Assembly: GCA_040219255.1 (NCBI GenBank) | Contig: JAVJSW010000001.1 | Location: forward strand, 64,001-128,000 | Source of the DNA: Sumerlaeia bacterium | Lineage (GTDB): Bacteria; Sumerlaeota; Sumerlaeia; SLMS01; JAHLLQ01 | Direction: 5' to 3' | Length of the DNA: 64,000 nt | Shown: in pieces, positions 41,960-50,801 of the stretch | How positions within the stretch are numbered: the first letter of the stretch is position 1 | Layout of the letters: each line of letters opens with the position of its first letter | The notes under the pieces: model-generated | Seen by the model: the letters and a program-made list of their open reading frames with translations, nothing else | Told to the model about the DNA's origin: nothing | Databases searched by the model: none | Position numbers and translations under genes: made by a program

Positions 41960-42679
41960 TCATGTCATTTCCTTCGCCAGAACCCCCGCCGCTTCGAGCG
42001 CCCCGAAAAACCGCCGCATCTTTTCCGCGGACTTTCTCCGCGGCGCTTCCTCCAGACCGCTCGACACATCGAAGGCGTAAGGCAGCTCCGGCCCCAGTTC
42101 ACCGGCCACGGCGCCGATGTTGTCCGGCGTCAGCCCGCCCGCCAGGAAAACACGCCCGCGGCCGAAGAACGGCCGCGCCACGTCGTGATCGAAGGTCTTG
42201 CCGGTGCCCCCATGCTGGCCCTTGGCGTATGTGTCGAGAAGCACCACCCCGCGGGCCGAGAGGATCGGTTCGATCTCGGCCGCCGACTCGGGCCCCTTGA
42301 CCCGTACCGCCCGGATTGCCGGGACCGGCAGGGCCGAGAGGGCCTCGTCGGCGTGCGCCTCGCCGTGAAGCTGAACCGCCGCCAGGTCCAACTCGCGCAC
42401 GATTGTAACCATTCGACCCACCGGTTCATGTACGAAGACGCCGAAGGGCCGGACCGGCCGGGCGCTCCTGGCGCGCACTTCGCCGAGCAACGCCCGGGCG
42501 TCCTCCAGCGTCAGGCACCGGGGCGTGCCTTCGGCGAAGATCAGGCCCAGGAACGAGGCACCCAACTCCAGCGCCAGCAAAGCGTCCTCCGCCAGCGTTA
42601 GGCCACACACCTTGACAAGAGCGCGCCTCTCCCCCGCCCTGGGGAAACGTTCGTCGAGTCGGGGTGAATAAATCGTCAT
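41960..42679 (-). CDS. trpF: Phosphoribosylanthranilate isomerase
   Basis: VKVCGLT, VQLHGE, GGTGKTFD, LAGGLTPDN, DVSSGLE. Confidence 0.95.
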   Translation of the reverse strand: MTIYSPRLDERFPRAGERRALVKVCGLTLAEDALLALELGASFLGLIFAEGTPRCLTLEDARALLGEVRARSARPVRPFGVFVHEPVGRMVTIVRELDLAAVQLHGEAHADEALSALPVPAIRAVRVKGPESAAEIEPILSARGVVLLDTYAKGQHGGTGKTFDHDVARPFFGRGRVFLAGGLTPDNIGAVAGELGPELPYAFDVSSGLEEAPRRKSAEKMRRFFGALEAAGVLAKEMT

Positions 42680-42800
42680 GGCGGCGAGTAAGTCTTCCTG
42701 CGGCCCCGAGAGGCGGGGATGCGGTTAAAGGATTGCCGTCTGGGCCGCGCGGGTCAATGATGGCATCCATACAAATGACTTCTCGCGGAGGGACATCCCC

Positions 42801-43850
42801 ATGAAGAAAGTGCTGATCGGCTGCGGAATCTTCGTCCTGCTGGCGGCCATCCTGTTCGTCGGCGCGATCGCCTTCGTCGGCATCAAGATCAATTCCTGGA
42901 CCAAGGGCATCGAAGCCGCCGGCCAGGAGATTCAGACCCTGAATACGGATTATCCCTTTGTCGAGCCGAGCGAGGCGCAAAGCCTGGACCCGGACCGATT
43001 CCAGGACTACCTGGAAATCCGCCAGACCCTCTTCGATCAGTTCATGAACGTGAAGTTCATCCGCGAAATCGCCCTGGCCGCCGAAACCGGCCAGCAGCCC
43101 AACATCGGCCCCGGCGATGTCTTCACCGTCATCGGCGCCGTACCGGGCATGATGCGCGACTTCGCCGAGACCATGCGGGAAGCGGAAATGTCGCCGGACG
43201 AATACGCCTACATCATGCGCAACACGGTGGAAGCAGTGGACGACGCGGCGGACTCCGGCGATCCGGAGCTGGGGGCCCTGTGGGACGAGGTGAGCGCCTC
43301 GATGGAAAAACTGATCGTGGAAATGCAGGCCAACAATCAAGGCCAGCAGTTCGACCTGAGCACCTATCGCCAATTGCGCGACGGCGGAGCCATCGTCCCC
43401 GCCGCCGATGTGCAGCTCGTCCGGCGCCACAGCGCCCAGCTCTCGGAAAACCCCGCCATGCTGGTGATCGAGCTGTTCCTTATCGACGCCATGCAGAACG
43501 CCGCGGCGGGCGGCAATACCAACGTGCGCTGGCAAACCAACACCACCAACGGCCAGACCGACAGTTCCTTCCAATACGAGCAGTCGGCCCCAAAGGAAGT
43601 CATCTTCGGGCCCATGAGCGAACGCAGCAAAACCGCCGAGGACCGCGCGGCCGAAGTGGAACGGCAGACGCGCCGGGCCGAAGGCCTGCCCGCCGGCGAA
43701 GACTCCGCCAATGGCACCGGCGAGAACGGTGCCTTCTCCAGTTATCTTCAATGGGATCAACGCACCGCGTCCCGGACAACCCCCACCCCGGCGGCCGCTG
43801 GGGAAGATAAAGAAGAGTTCGTCGTTCGCTTCAGCGATCAAGACGAGTGA
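42801..43850 (+). CDS. Hypothetical membrane-anchored protein
   Basis: GGAGG RBS; N-terminal TM MKKVLIGCGIFVLL...; helical body with a low-complexity tail. Confidence 0.75.
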   Translation: MKKVLIGCGIFVLLAAILFVGAIAFVGIKINSWTKGIEAAGQEIQTLNTDYPFVEPSEAQSLDPDRFQDYLEIRQTLFDQFMNVKFIREIALAAETGQQPNIGPGDVFTVIGAVPGMMRDFAETMREAEMSPDEYAYIMRNTVEAVDDAADSGDPELGALWDEVSASMEKLIVEMQANNQGQQFDLSTYRQLRDGGAIVPAADVQLVRRHSAQLSENPAMLVIELFLIDAMQNAAAGGNTNVRWQTNTTNGQTDSSFQYEQSAPKEVIFGPMSERSKTAEDRAAEVERQTRRAEGLPAGEDSANGTGENGAFSSYLQWDQRTASRTTPTPAAAGEDKEEFVVRFSDQDE

Positions 43851-43891
43851 CCCCGCACCCCCGCCTCTTTCCCAGGACCCTCCATCCGCCC

Positions 43892-44803
43892 ATGCCCGCT
43901 CGTTTCGCCACGGTTCGATTCCTCACGATCGCCCTCGCTTTTTTCCTAGCTCCCGCCTGCGCCGATTCCCCTTCTACTGCCGATGCACTCGCAGAGAAAG
44001 TGGACGTCGAGGCCCCCATGCAACCCACCGATGAAATCGAAATCCGGCAAGGCGAAACCACCGTGCGGACCGCACCGGCCAGGGGCGCGCTCGTCACCAG
44101 CGTGGTCGTGGACGGCAAGGACCTCCTGACGCTCGACCGCCGGTCGTTCGAAGAAACGCACCGCCACGTGCGCGGCGGCATCCCGATCCTGTTTCCCTTC
44201 AGCGGCGCCCTGAAAGACGGAACGCTGGTGGCCTCGGGAACCCAGATGCCCCAGCACGGCTTCGCCCGAGAGAAAGCCTGGGACGTCGTTTCCCAATCGG
44301 AAAGCGAAATGGTCCTCGGCCTGTCGGACGACGAAGCGACCCGCGCCGTCTATCCCTGGCCCTTCCGCCTGACCTACACGGTGCGGGCGCTGGACCGGGG
44401 CGTCGAGGTGGTACTGACGGCCAGGAACCTCGGGGATTCGCCGATGCCCACCTCGCCGGGCTGGCACCCGTATTTTCCCCTGCCGGTGGAAGCCAAACCG
44501 GAATTCGCCACCTCCGTCGAGGGCGCGGGCGGCGGCACGGTGACCAACGACCGCGAGATCAACTTCGGCGTGCCCAGCCCCCCCGGCTCCAAGCTGATGT
44601 TCCAACTGCCCGGCACCGGCTTTCTGGAAATGGAATACAGCGAGTCGATGGAGCACCTCCAGATCTGGTCGCTGCCGCGCGGCGCCTTCGTCTGCGTGGA
44701 ACCCTGGGACGGCGGCGTGAACGACATCAACACCCCCGGCGCCACCGTGATCGCGCCCGGAGAGATGGCCGAGTGGCGCATGGCCTTCCGCCTGAATCCC
44801 TGA
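43892..44803 (+). CDS. Aldose 1-epimerase / galactose mutarotase-like protein with signal peptide
   Basis: RGGIPILFP, QHGFAR, YPWPF, GWHPYF, FVCVEPW. Confidence 0.88.
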   Translation: MPARFATVRFLTIALAFFLAPACADSPSTADALAEKVDVEAPMQPTDEIEIRQGETTVRTAPARGALVTSVVVDGKDLLTLDRRSFEETHRHVRGGIPILFPFSGALKDGTLVASGTQMPQHGFAREKAWDVVSQSESEMVLGLSDDEATRAVYPWPFRLTYTVRALDRGVEVVLTARNLGDSPMPTSPGWHPYFPLPVEAKPEFATSVEGAGGGTVTNDREINFGVPSPPGSKLMFQLPGTGFLEMEYSESMEHLQIWSLPRGAFVCVEPWDGGVNDINTPGATVIAPGEMAEWRMAFRLNP

Positions 44804-44861
44804 GGTCCTGGGCGGACTCATCAAGGCTCCACTCGACTGTTTTGTGAAGACGTGTCGAAAG

Positions 44862-45584
44862 CTACTGAACCTGCATCATGCTCTTGCGCAGTTGGCGGAT
44901 GTTTTCGCGCACGCCACCTTTGCCATAGACCGACGAGCCGGCCACCAGGATGTCGGCTCCGGCGGCGACCGCCAGGTGCGCCGTGGAGGGATCGATGCCG
45001 CCATCGACCTGGAGCAGATAGTTCAGCCCGATCTCCTCGCGCAGCAGCACCAGCTCGCGTACCTTGTTCAACGTGTGCGGGATCAGTCTCTGGCCACCGA
45101 AGCCCGGCTCGACGGTCATCACCAGCACCATGTCGGCGTCCGGCAGGCAATCGCGGATGGCGGACACGGGCGTGTCCGGTTTGATGGAAATGCCGGCCTG
45201 CACGCCTGCGGCCTTGATGTCGCGCAGAAGCCGGGGCGACTCGTCTCGGCCCGCCGCTTCCACGTGAAAGGTGATGTGGTTGGCGCCGGCTTCGACGAAC
45301 CGTTCGAAGTAGCGGCGGGGTTCGGAAATCATCAGGTGCACGTCGAAAAACAGATTCGGATCGAGGGGCCGGATGTTGCCGATGACCGCGGGGCCGAAGC
45401 TGATGTTGGGCACGAAATGGCCGTCCATCACGTCGAGATGAAGCCAGCGCACGGAGAGACCCTTGAGGGGCTTGACCGCGTCCTCGAGGCAGGAGAAATC
45501 CGCCGCGAGCAAGGACGGGGCGATGCGCACTCCGGTGCCGCGGCGCGACACCGATCCGTTCCCTTTGGCGGGATCGTTCATCAT
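44862..45584 (-). CDS. rpe: Ribulose-phosphate 3-epimerase
   Basis: IAPSLLAADF, HLDVMDGHFVPN, MTVEPGFGGQ, VDGGI. Confidence 0.96.
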   Translation of the reverse strand: MMNDPAKGNGSVSRRGTGVRIAPSLLAADFSCLEDAVKPLKGLSVRWLHLDVMDGHFVPNISFGPAVIGNIRPLDPNLFFDVHLMISEPRRYFERFVEAGANHITFHVEAAGRDESPRLLRDIKAAGVQAGISIKPDTPVSAIRDCLPDADMVLVMTVEPGFGGQRLIPHTLNKVRELVLLREEIGLNYLLQVDGGIDPSTAHLAVAAGADILVAGSSVYGKGGVRENIRQLRKSMMQVQ

Positions 45585-45841
45585 CTTCACATGGCTCGAA
45601 GAACTGGCCTTACGCGGCACGATACAATAACCTCCCCGCTCCCTCGCTCCTGGCCGGATGAGGGGCGCTGCGTTCGTCGACGCTTGAACGCCCGGCAATG
45701 TGCCCGGACAGCCTCGGAAGTGCAAGGGAAGGATGGGGGATCAGGGTGGTCCTCGCCATCGTGTCTAACCCAAACAACGCGGGGTCTCTCCACAGCGGCC
45801 CCGGCTTTTGCGGAACCGCCGAAAATCTTCCGCCAACCCGT

Positions 45842-46363
45842 CTAATCGGGGACGGAGCATGCCAGCTCCCGGAAAAAGGGCTGGAGAAAATCCCGTCCCT
45901 CCGGGGGCAAGCGGCGATTGACCGACTCCTCGAGGCGCAAGAACGACGCCTGCATGACGCGCAGCTCCTGAAAGCTGCATTGCTGTGTCATAATCTGCTG
46001 AAGCCAGAACAACAGGTTATTGCGGAACAATTCCGGGTTGCCCAGCAACGCACACAAACACAGATGCCGCAGAACCGTGCCGAACCCTTGACCGCAAGGG
46101 CAAGTTCCCTGACACGCCAACTCGCACGACGCCGCCATCGGACATTCGACCTCCTTCTCGATCGCGTCGAGCGACGCGAAGACATGGTCGACGGTCCGGC
46201 AGGCCAGGTCGAGTTCCGGATGATCGCGGCGCAACTCCTCCAGCTCCTCGTGGCTCGGCACCGCGACCTGGGGCGCGAGGCGCAGCAGAAGGCGATTTCG
46301 TTCCTTCGCCACTTCAGCGGAACCGCAAGCCGCTTCCCTCTCGAATTCCGTTAATTCAGACAT
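45842..46363 (-). CDS. Phycobiliprotein-like (globin-fold) protein B, Cys-rich
   Basis: CGQGFGTVLRHLCLCALLGNPELFRNNLLFWL...LQPFF resembles the C-x-R-D-x4-LRY...LL.W helix pattern of phycobiliprotein-like proteins. Confidence 0.65.
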   Translation of the reverse strand: MSELTEFEREAACGSAEVAKERNRLLLRLAPQVAVPSHEELEELRRDHPELDLACRTVDHVFASLDAIEKEVECPMAASCELACQGTCPCGQGFGTVLRHLCLCALLGNPELFRNNLLFWLQQIMTQQCSFQELRVMQASFLRLEESVNRRLPPEGRDFLQPFFRELACSVPD

Positions 46364-46390
46364 TGAGACACGTCCGTTCTAGTGGGCGGA

Positions 46391-46420
46391 AGGAAGACAG
46401 GAAGAGAGGAAGAGAGGAAG
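46391..46420. repeat. 8-bp tandem repeat (AGGAAGAS)
   Basis: aggaagac aggaagag aggaagag aggaag between the two globin-like genes. Confidence 0.6.
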
Positions 46421-46429
46421 GCGGGGCGT

Positions 46430-46933
46430 TCAGTGAGCGAACTCGTTGCGACAAATCACGGCGACCATGTCGTCGAGGTAGGGTTCGATGGCGTTCCTGG
46501 CTTCGGGCGTAAGCCGCGACACGACGAGTTGACGCAGGACGCTGAAGGCCGCCACGACGACCGGATCGAGGCGCGCGAAGCCGGCGGCGTCGAGCACCTG
46601 GCGCATCCAGTAGAGACAGTGGCGCTGAAGCAGCGCGCGGTCGTCCAGGACCATGGTCAGCACAACGGAGCGAAGCAGGCGGGTCATGTCGGCTGCCAAT
46701 GTGTCCTCCGCGTCTGCGCCGAATCGCTCTTCCATTTCCGGATAAACGCGGCAGACCAGATGGGCGGCCTGCCTCGTAATGGCATCGGCCCCGATCAGAA
46801 CGTCAGCGGCAGCCTCGTAAACGGGTTCCCGTTCGGGTTGGAAGGCCCGGAGCGACTCGAGGTCGCCGGGTGCAAGGTCTGGCGCGACATCGCCCAATTG
46901 GCGCAGGTAGGGCAGTAAACACAAGTAGCTCAT
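46430..46933 (-). CDS. Phycobiliprotein-like (globin-fold) protein A
   Basis: GDLESLRAF, ADAITRQAAHLV..YPEM, LAADMTRLLRSV..MVLDD..LL...LYWM, LTPE...PYLD match the phycocyanin/allophycocyanin-like helix pattern. Confidence 0.72.
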   Translation of the reverse strand: MSYLCLLPYLRQLGDVAPDLAPGDLESLRAFQPEREPVYEAAADVLIGADAITRQAAHLVCRVYPEMEERFGADAEDTLAADMTRLLRSVVLTMVLDDRALLQRHCLYWMRQVLDAAGFARLDPVVVAAFSVLRQLVVSRLTPEARNAIEPYLDDMVAVICRNEFAH

Positions 46934-47128
46934 GGAAAGCTTACCTTCTCAACGATCTGGGTGGCCTCGACGGTGCGAGGGCGATCGACCTTCTGAAGGC
47001 AGACCTGAAGAATCCGGGGGTATGGTTTCCCAACGGAATCCCCAAAAAAAATCAAAACCAATTACGAAACCTGAATGAAAAACTCAAGCGGGCACCTCCG
47101 CGGAAGTTCACACTCGGCTCGACCAGCT

Positions 47129-47157
47129 ACTGTCTAGAATTTCGGGATGGTTGTCAA
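47129..47157 (-). promoter_or_regulatory. Candidate promoter for the globin-like pair
   Basis: TTGACA-N17-GACAGT on the - strand; same architecture as upstream of the tRNA pair. Confidence 0.4.
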
Positions 47158-47321
47158 GGTTTCCGTTTTCGCGAAGATTACGCATCATCCGATTCGCCGC
47201 CGGAAATTGAACGATCTCCAGATGAAAATATTTCGCCCCGCAGGTTGTCCCGGCAAAGAGGAACTCTTAATCCCGTAAGCGGCAAGAGGTGGCGAAATCG
47301 TAAGGGGGAAGATCCCGGGGC

Positions 47322-47921
47322 TCAGGCCTCCCGGGGCCGTTCGCCGCCTTCGTTGAGCTTGCCGACCGCTTCGAGGGTGGCGGGGCTGTCGGCGGTGCCG
47401 GCCTTGGCCGCGTAGCCGAACATGATTGTGGAGAAGCCCATGAAGAGCGAATTGATGCCCACCAGCGCGGCGATCGTGGCCAAGGGCTGCATCGCCAGAA
47501 CCATCCAGATCAGTGTGGCCAGAATCAGCGAGACGACGCCGCTGAGCAACAGCCAGATCCAGGGCGCCCGTTGCCGCAGCCGAATGGCCAGCATCAGCGT
47601 GATGATCCCGTTGAGCGTCAGGTAGAGCCCGACGAGCGTTGTCGCCGTCCAGTATTGACTGGTCGGATGGACGAGGATCGTGGCGCCGAAGAGGATGACG
47701 ACAAGGGCGGAGAGCATGGAGATGACAAGGCCGCCGAGTTCGCGGGACTTGAGCGCGTAGGCGATCTGCAGCGCACCCGTCAGGATGAACAGCACGCCCA
47801 GCAAGGGCTCGATGGCGCTGGGCATCGCCATCGGCAGACCGAAGCACAGGGCTCCGAACAAAACGTGAATGCACCCGATGATGACGAAGAGCATCCAGAT
47901 GCGTTGCAGTGCGAAAGTCAT
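47322..47921 (-). CDS. HdeD/DUF308 family membrane protein
   Basis: Six TM helices in three hairpins; W.WLLLSG..SL; LVGI..LF.G. Confidence 0.82.
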   Translation of the reverse strand: MTFALQRIWMLFVIIGCIHVLFGALCFGLPMAMPSAIEPLLGVLFILTGALQIAYALKSRELGGLVISMLSALVVILFGATILVHPTSQYWTATTLVGLYLTLNGIITLMLAIRLRQRAPWIWLLLSGVVSLILATLIWMVLAMQPLATIAALVGINSLFMGFSTIMFGYAAKAGTADSPATLEAVGKLNEGGERPREA

Positions 47922-47972
47922 AAGCCGAACCTCCGTTCGATCGACAAGAAGGGAAAAAGGGGCGGGCGGTGC

Positions 47973-48689
47973 TCAGCGATCGGACGGGAAGCCGATGCCC
48001 GGGCCGAACATGAAGAGGTCGCCATTGGATTGGGTGCCATTGGTCGGGTCGTAATGAACCGGAAAGGACACCGAATTGTCGTTCACCACACCGCCGGTGT
48101 CGGTCTTGCGGCCGAAACCGAAGTCGCGGTCGGCGTCCGGCCCGGGGCTGGCGATCAGCCAGAGGGCGTTGTTGTTCTCCCGCGGGGTGCCGACAAAGGT
48201 GCCGCCTTCGCGAAGGGACTCGTACACGTAGCCGACGAATTGGGTCTGGTTGACGCCGTTGAAAATCAGGCTGTTCTGCTCGTCATTCGAGTACATATAG
48301 GCCCGGTTCGGCGGCAGACAGGTGCCGGTTTCCGTCGGCGTGGGGAAAATGTCGAGGAAGACCACGTTGAGGTAGGCGACCGGGGTGGTGAGGCGGCGGC
48401 TGAGAAATCCGCGGCCCGGGCCATTGGGCCTCAGGCTCCAGCTGTCGCACTCGGTGGGAATGGGCCAGCGGTCCGCCGGGGGATAAATGCTCCAGTCGAC
48501 CCGATAGGCCTCGACCCCGGTGGAGGCCGAGCGCGCGTCCGCCCGGAAGCGCGCAACCTTCGACCGCGTCAGAGCCTCGATATAGTTGGGCACGGCGATC
48601 GCCGCCATGATCCCGATGATGGCGACGACGATAATAAGCTCGATCAGAGTGAAGCCACGGGAGAATCGTTTGGTAAGCGGTTGGCCCAT
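47973..48689 (-). CDS. Prepilin-type N-terminal cleavage/methylation protein (pseudopilin-like)
   Basis: RG|FTLIELIIVVAIIGIMAAIAVPNY; LTTPVAY; SPGPD; YDPTNGTQSNGD. Confidence 0.9.
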   Translation of the reverse strand: MGQPLTKRFSRGFTLIELIIVVAIIGIMAAIAVPNYIEALTRSKVARFRADARSASTGVEAYRVDWSIYPPADRWPIPTECDSWSLRPNGPGRGFLSRRLTTPVAYLNVVFLDIFPTPTETGTCLPPNRAYMYSNDEQNSLIFNGVNQTQFVGYVYESLREGGTFVGTPRENNNALWLIASPGPDADRDFGFGRKTDTGGVVNDNSVSFPVHYDPTNGTQSNGDLFMFGPGIGFPSDR

Positions 48690-48971
48690 CAGGCACCTCT
48701 TCGACAATATGGGACTCCGGGCCGCCGGATCGTCCCGCTCCAATCAACTCCCCCGCGTCCCTCCATGGCAGCCACTCCCTTCCGAATGGACGAACAGCGA
48801 CAGCGGACACAAGCAAAAGGCGGAAAGAGGCAAAAAACGAACACTTCGAAGCTCGGGACATGGCGCCTGCACAACGCGCCCGCGAGGAACGCGGCGGCCC
48901 AGGGGAGGCAGGCGGGCCGGCTCTCACGGCACGGGCTGGCGGCGGGGCGGGGGCGCACGAAGCGGCGCACG

Positions 48972-49005
48972 AAAAAATCCCCTCTCGACGGATGCCGAGA
49001 GGGGA
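48972..49005 (-). terminator. Terminator downstream of the tRNA pair
   Basis: TCCCCTCTCG/CGAGAGGGGA stem with A6 on the + strand. Confidence 0.8.
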
Positions 49006-49011
49006 AACGGA

Positions 49012-49088
49012 TGGCGGGAGCGACGAGACTTGAACTCGCGACCTCCGGCGTGACAGGCCGGCGCTCTAACCGACTGAGCTACGCCCCC
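49012..49088 (-). tRNA. tRNA-Asp (GTC)
   Basis: GGGGGCGTAGCTCAGTCGGTTAGAGCGCCGGCCT-GTC-ACGCCGGAGGTCGCGAGTTCAAGTCTCGTCGCTCCCGCCA; full cloverleaf with encoded CCA. Confidence 0.97.
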
Positions 49089-49126
49089 GCAGGTTTGAAA
49101 ACGGTGCTCTGATCTCTCGGATCGGG

Positions 49127-49203
49127 TGGTGGGCGGACCGGGATTCGAACCTGGGACCCCCAGCTTGTAAGGCTGGTGCTCTAACCAACTGAGCTACCCG
49201 CCC
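49127..49203 (-). tRNA. tRNA-Val (TAC)
   Basis: GGGCGGGTAGCTCAGTTGGTTAGAGCACCAGCCT-TAC-AAGCTGGGGGTCCCAGGTTCGAATCCCGGTCCGCCCACCA; one A-C mismatch in the T stem. Confidence 0.95.
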
Positions 49204-49243
49204 GAGAGCGGCGCTTGCGCCGTTTTGCCGCAAGCGGATTGGG

Positions 49244-49272
49244 ACTGTCCACGGCAGACCCCCGCCGGTCAA
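49244..49272 (-). promoter_or_regulatory. Candidate promoter for tRNA-Val/tRNA-Asp
   Basis: TTGACC-N17-GACAGT on the - strand, about 40 bp upstream of tRNA-Val. Confidence 0.45.
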
Positions 49273-49450
49273 CCACGAAATGCGGCGCGCGCGATTTTTT
49301 TTTCCAGGCCCCGCTTCTTTCCCGAAGCGCGAAGTTTCCTTGCTCCCCCCGCGCCCCCTGCGCCATGACTTTTCCTCAGATATGGCGCGCTAAAGGATAT
49401 TTCTGGGGAATTCGCGAGTCTCCCCCACTCGCTCGCTCCCAATCCCGATC

Positions 49451-50752
49451 ATGGCTATCTGCATCACCCTTGCCGAACAACCCGACGCTCTCAGCTCCTA
49501 CGTCTTCGATCAGGACGTCGTGAAGCTGGGGCGTTCCTCCAACAACGAGGTGCAGTTCGATCCGGCACGCTTTCCCCAGGTCAGCCGCCATCACGGCCAG
49601 ATCGAGCGCACGCCCCAGGGCTGGTACTTCCGCGACCTCGGCAGCAAGCACGGCTCCTTCAGCAATGGAAAGCCGGTCGTCGAACCGCTCCTCATCCGCC
49701 ACGGCGAACAGATCCAACTCGGCCACGGCGGCCCCATCTTCACCGTGGCCTTTCCCATTCCCCGCATCACCGGCGGCGGCGGCACGCACCTCAAACTCGG
49801 CAATTTCATCGAGGAATTCACCTACTTCCCGCTCGCCTTCTCGGAAGCTTTCCTGGGCCGCTACGGCGAATACCACCGGATCGGCACCGGCGGGTTCGGC
49901 GAAGTGTGGCGCGCCAAACCCAGGGACGGCACCACCGACCGTGCCGTCAAGCTCCTGCGCCCCAAAATGCTCGTCGAAGAAGCGGAAAGCCCCGAGGAAC
50001 TGGCCAAAGTCGTGCAGCGCTTCGTCCGCGAAGCCAAGCTCATGCACCTGCTCTCCGAAGCCGGCACGCCAGGCATCGCCCGCGTTTACGACTGGTCCGA
50101 TCAGATCGATCTCGACTTTATCTACCTCGTCATGGATTTCATCGAGGGCCGCTCCCTCGAAAAGCTCCTCTTCGCCTACCGCACCGTTCCGCAGGAAGTG
50201 GCGGCGAACATCTTCCTGCAAGTGGCCAAGACCCTCAAGGCGGCCCACGAGTTCCGCTGGACCGACGAGAAGGGCATCGCCCATCAGGGCATCATCCACC
50301 GCGACGTCAAACCCAGCAATATCATGATCGAGCGCGACACGGGCCGCGCCTTTCTCGTCGATTTCGGAATCGCCGGGATTCTGGAAGGCGGCGAACGCCT
50401 GACCGCCACCCACATCGCCCTCGGCTCGGCCCGCTTCCTGCCCCTCGAAGCCCTCAAGAGCAGCCAGATCACACCGTCCCTCGACCTCTGGGGCTTCGCC
50501 GTCTCCCTCTATGTCACGCTGACTCGTGGAGCGTTCCCGTATCAGGCGCGCACCATCATGGAACTGTTCGAGGCGCTCAGCGAGTACCGCTACACTCCGC
50601 TCTCTTATTATCGTATTGATTTAGACAAGCGGGTCGTCGAATCCCTGGAGCGCACCTTGAAGCCCGAGGTCGAGCAGCGGGTCCAGTCCTTCGACGAATG
50701 GATCGGCCTGCTCACCCCGCTGACCGACGAGAACGTCCCTCTCAAGGTATAG
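49451..50752 (+). CDS. FHA domain + Hanks-type Ser/Thr kinase
   Basis: FHA motifs (LGRS, VSRHHG, DLGSKHG); kinase motifs IGTGGFGEVW, AVKLL, HRDVKPSN, DFGIA. Confidence 0.92.
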   Translation: MAICITLAEQPDALSSYVFDQDVVKLGRSSNNEVQFDPARFPQVSRHHGQIERTPQGWYFRDLGSKHGSFSNGKPVVEPLLIRHGEQIQLGHGGPIFTVAFPIPRITGGGGTHLKLGNFIEEFTYFPLAFSEAFLGRYGEYHRIGTGGFGEVWRAKPRDGTTDRAVKLLRPKMLVEEAESPEELAKVVQRFVREAKLMHLLSEAGTPGIARVYDWSDQIDLDFIYLVMDFIEGRSLEKLLFAYRTVPQEVAANIFLQVAKTLKAAHEFRWTDEKGIAHQGIIHRDVKPSNIMIERDTGRAFLVDFGIAGILEGGERLTATHIALGSARFLPLEALKSSQITPSLDLWGFAVSLYVTLTRGAFPYQARTIMELFEALSEYRYTPLSYYRIDLDKRVVESLERTLKPEVEQRVQSFDEWIGLLTPLTDENVPLKV

Positions 50753-50801
50753 ACCGGCACAGCGCCCCCATTCCTCCCGAGAGACCGAACCCTTTACCCA
50801 C

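Noticed and set aside
46934-47130. Riboswitch in the leader of the globin-like pair
   Set aside because: No known aptamer consensus recognised by eye; an Rfam/Infernal scan is needed.
49140-49157. A-C mismatch in the tRNA-Val T stem as a sign of a pseudo-tRNA
   Set aside because: A single mismatch with all other conserved elements and CCA intact.
49012-49203. tRNA-anchored genomic island
   Set aside because: No integrase and no duplicated tRNA 3' end seen; a normal terminator follows.
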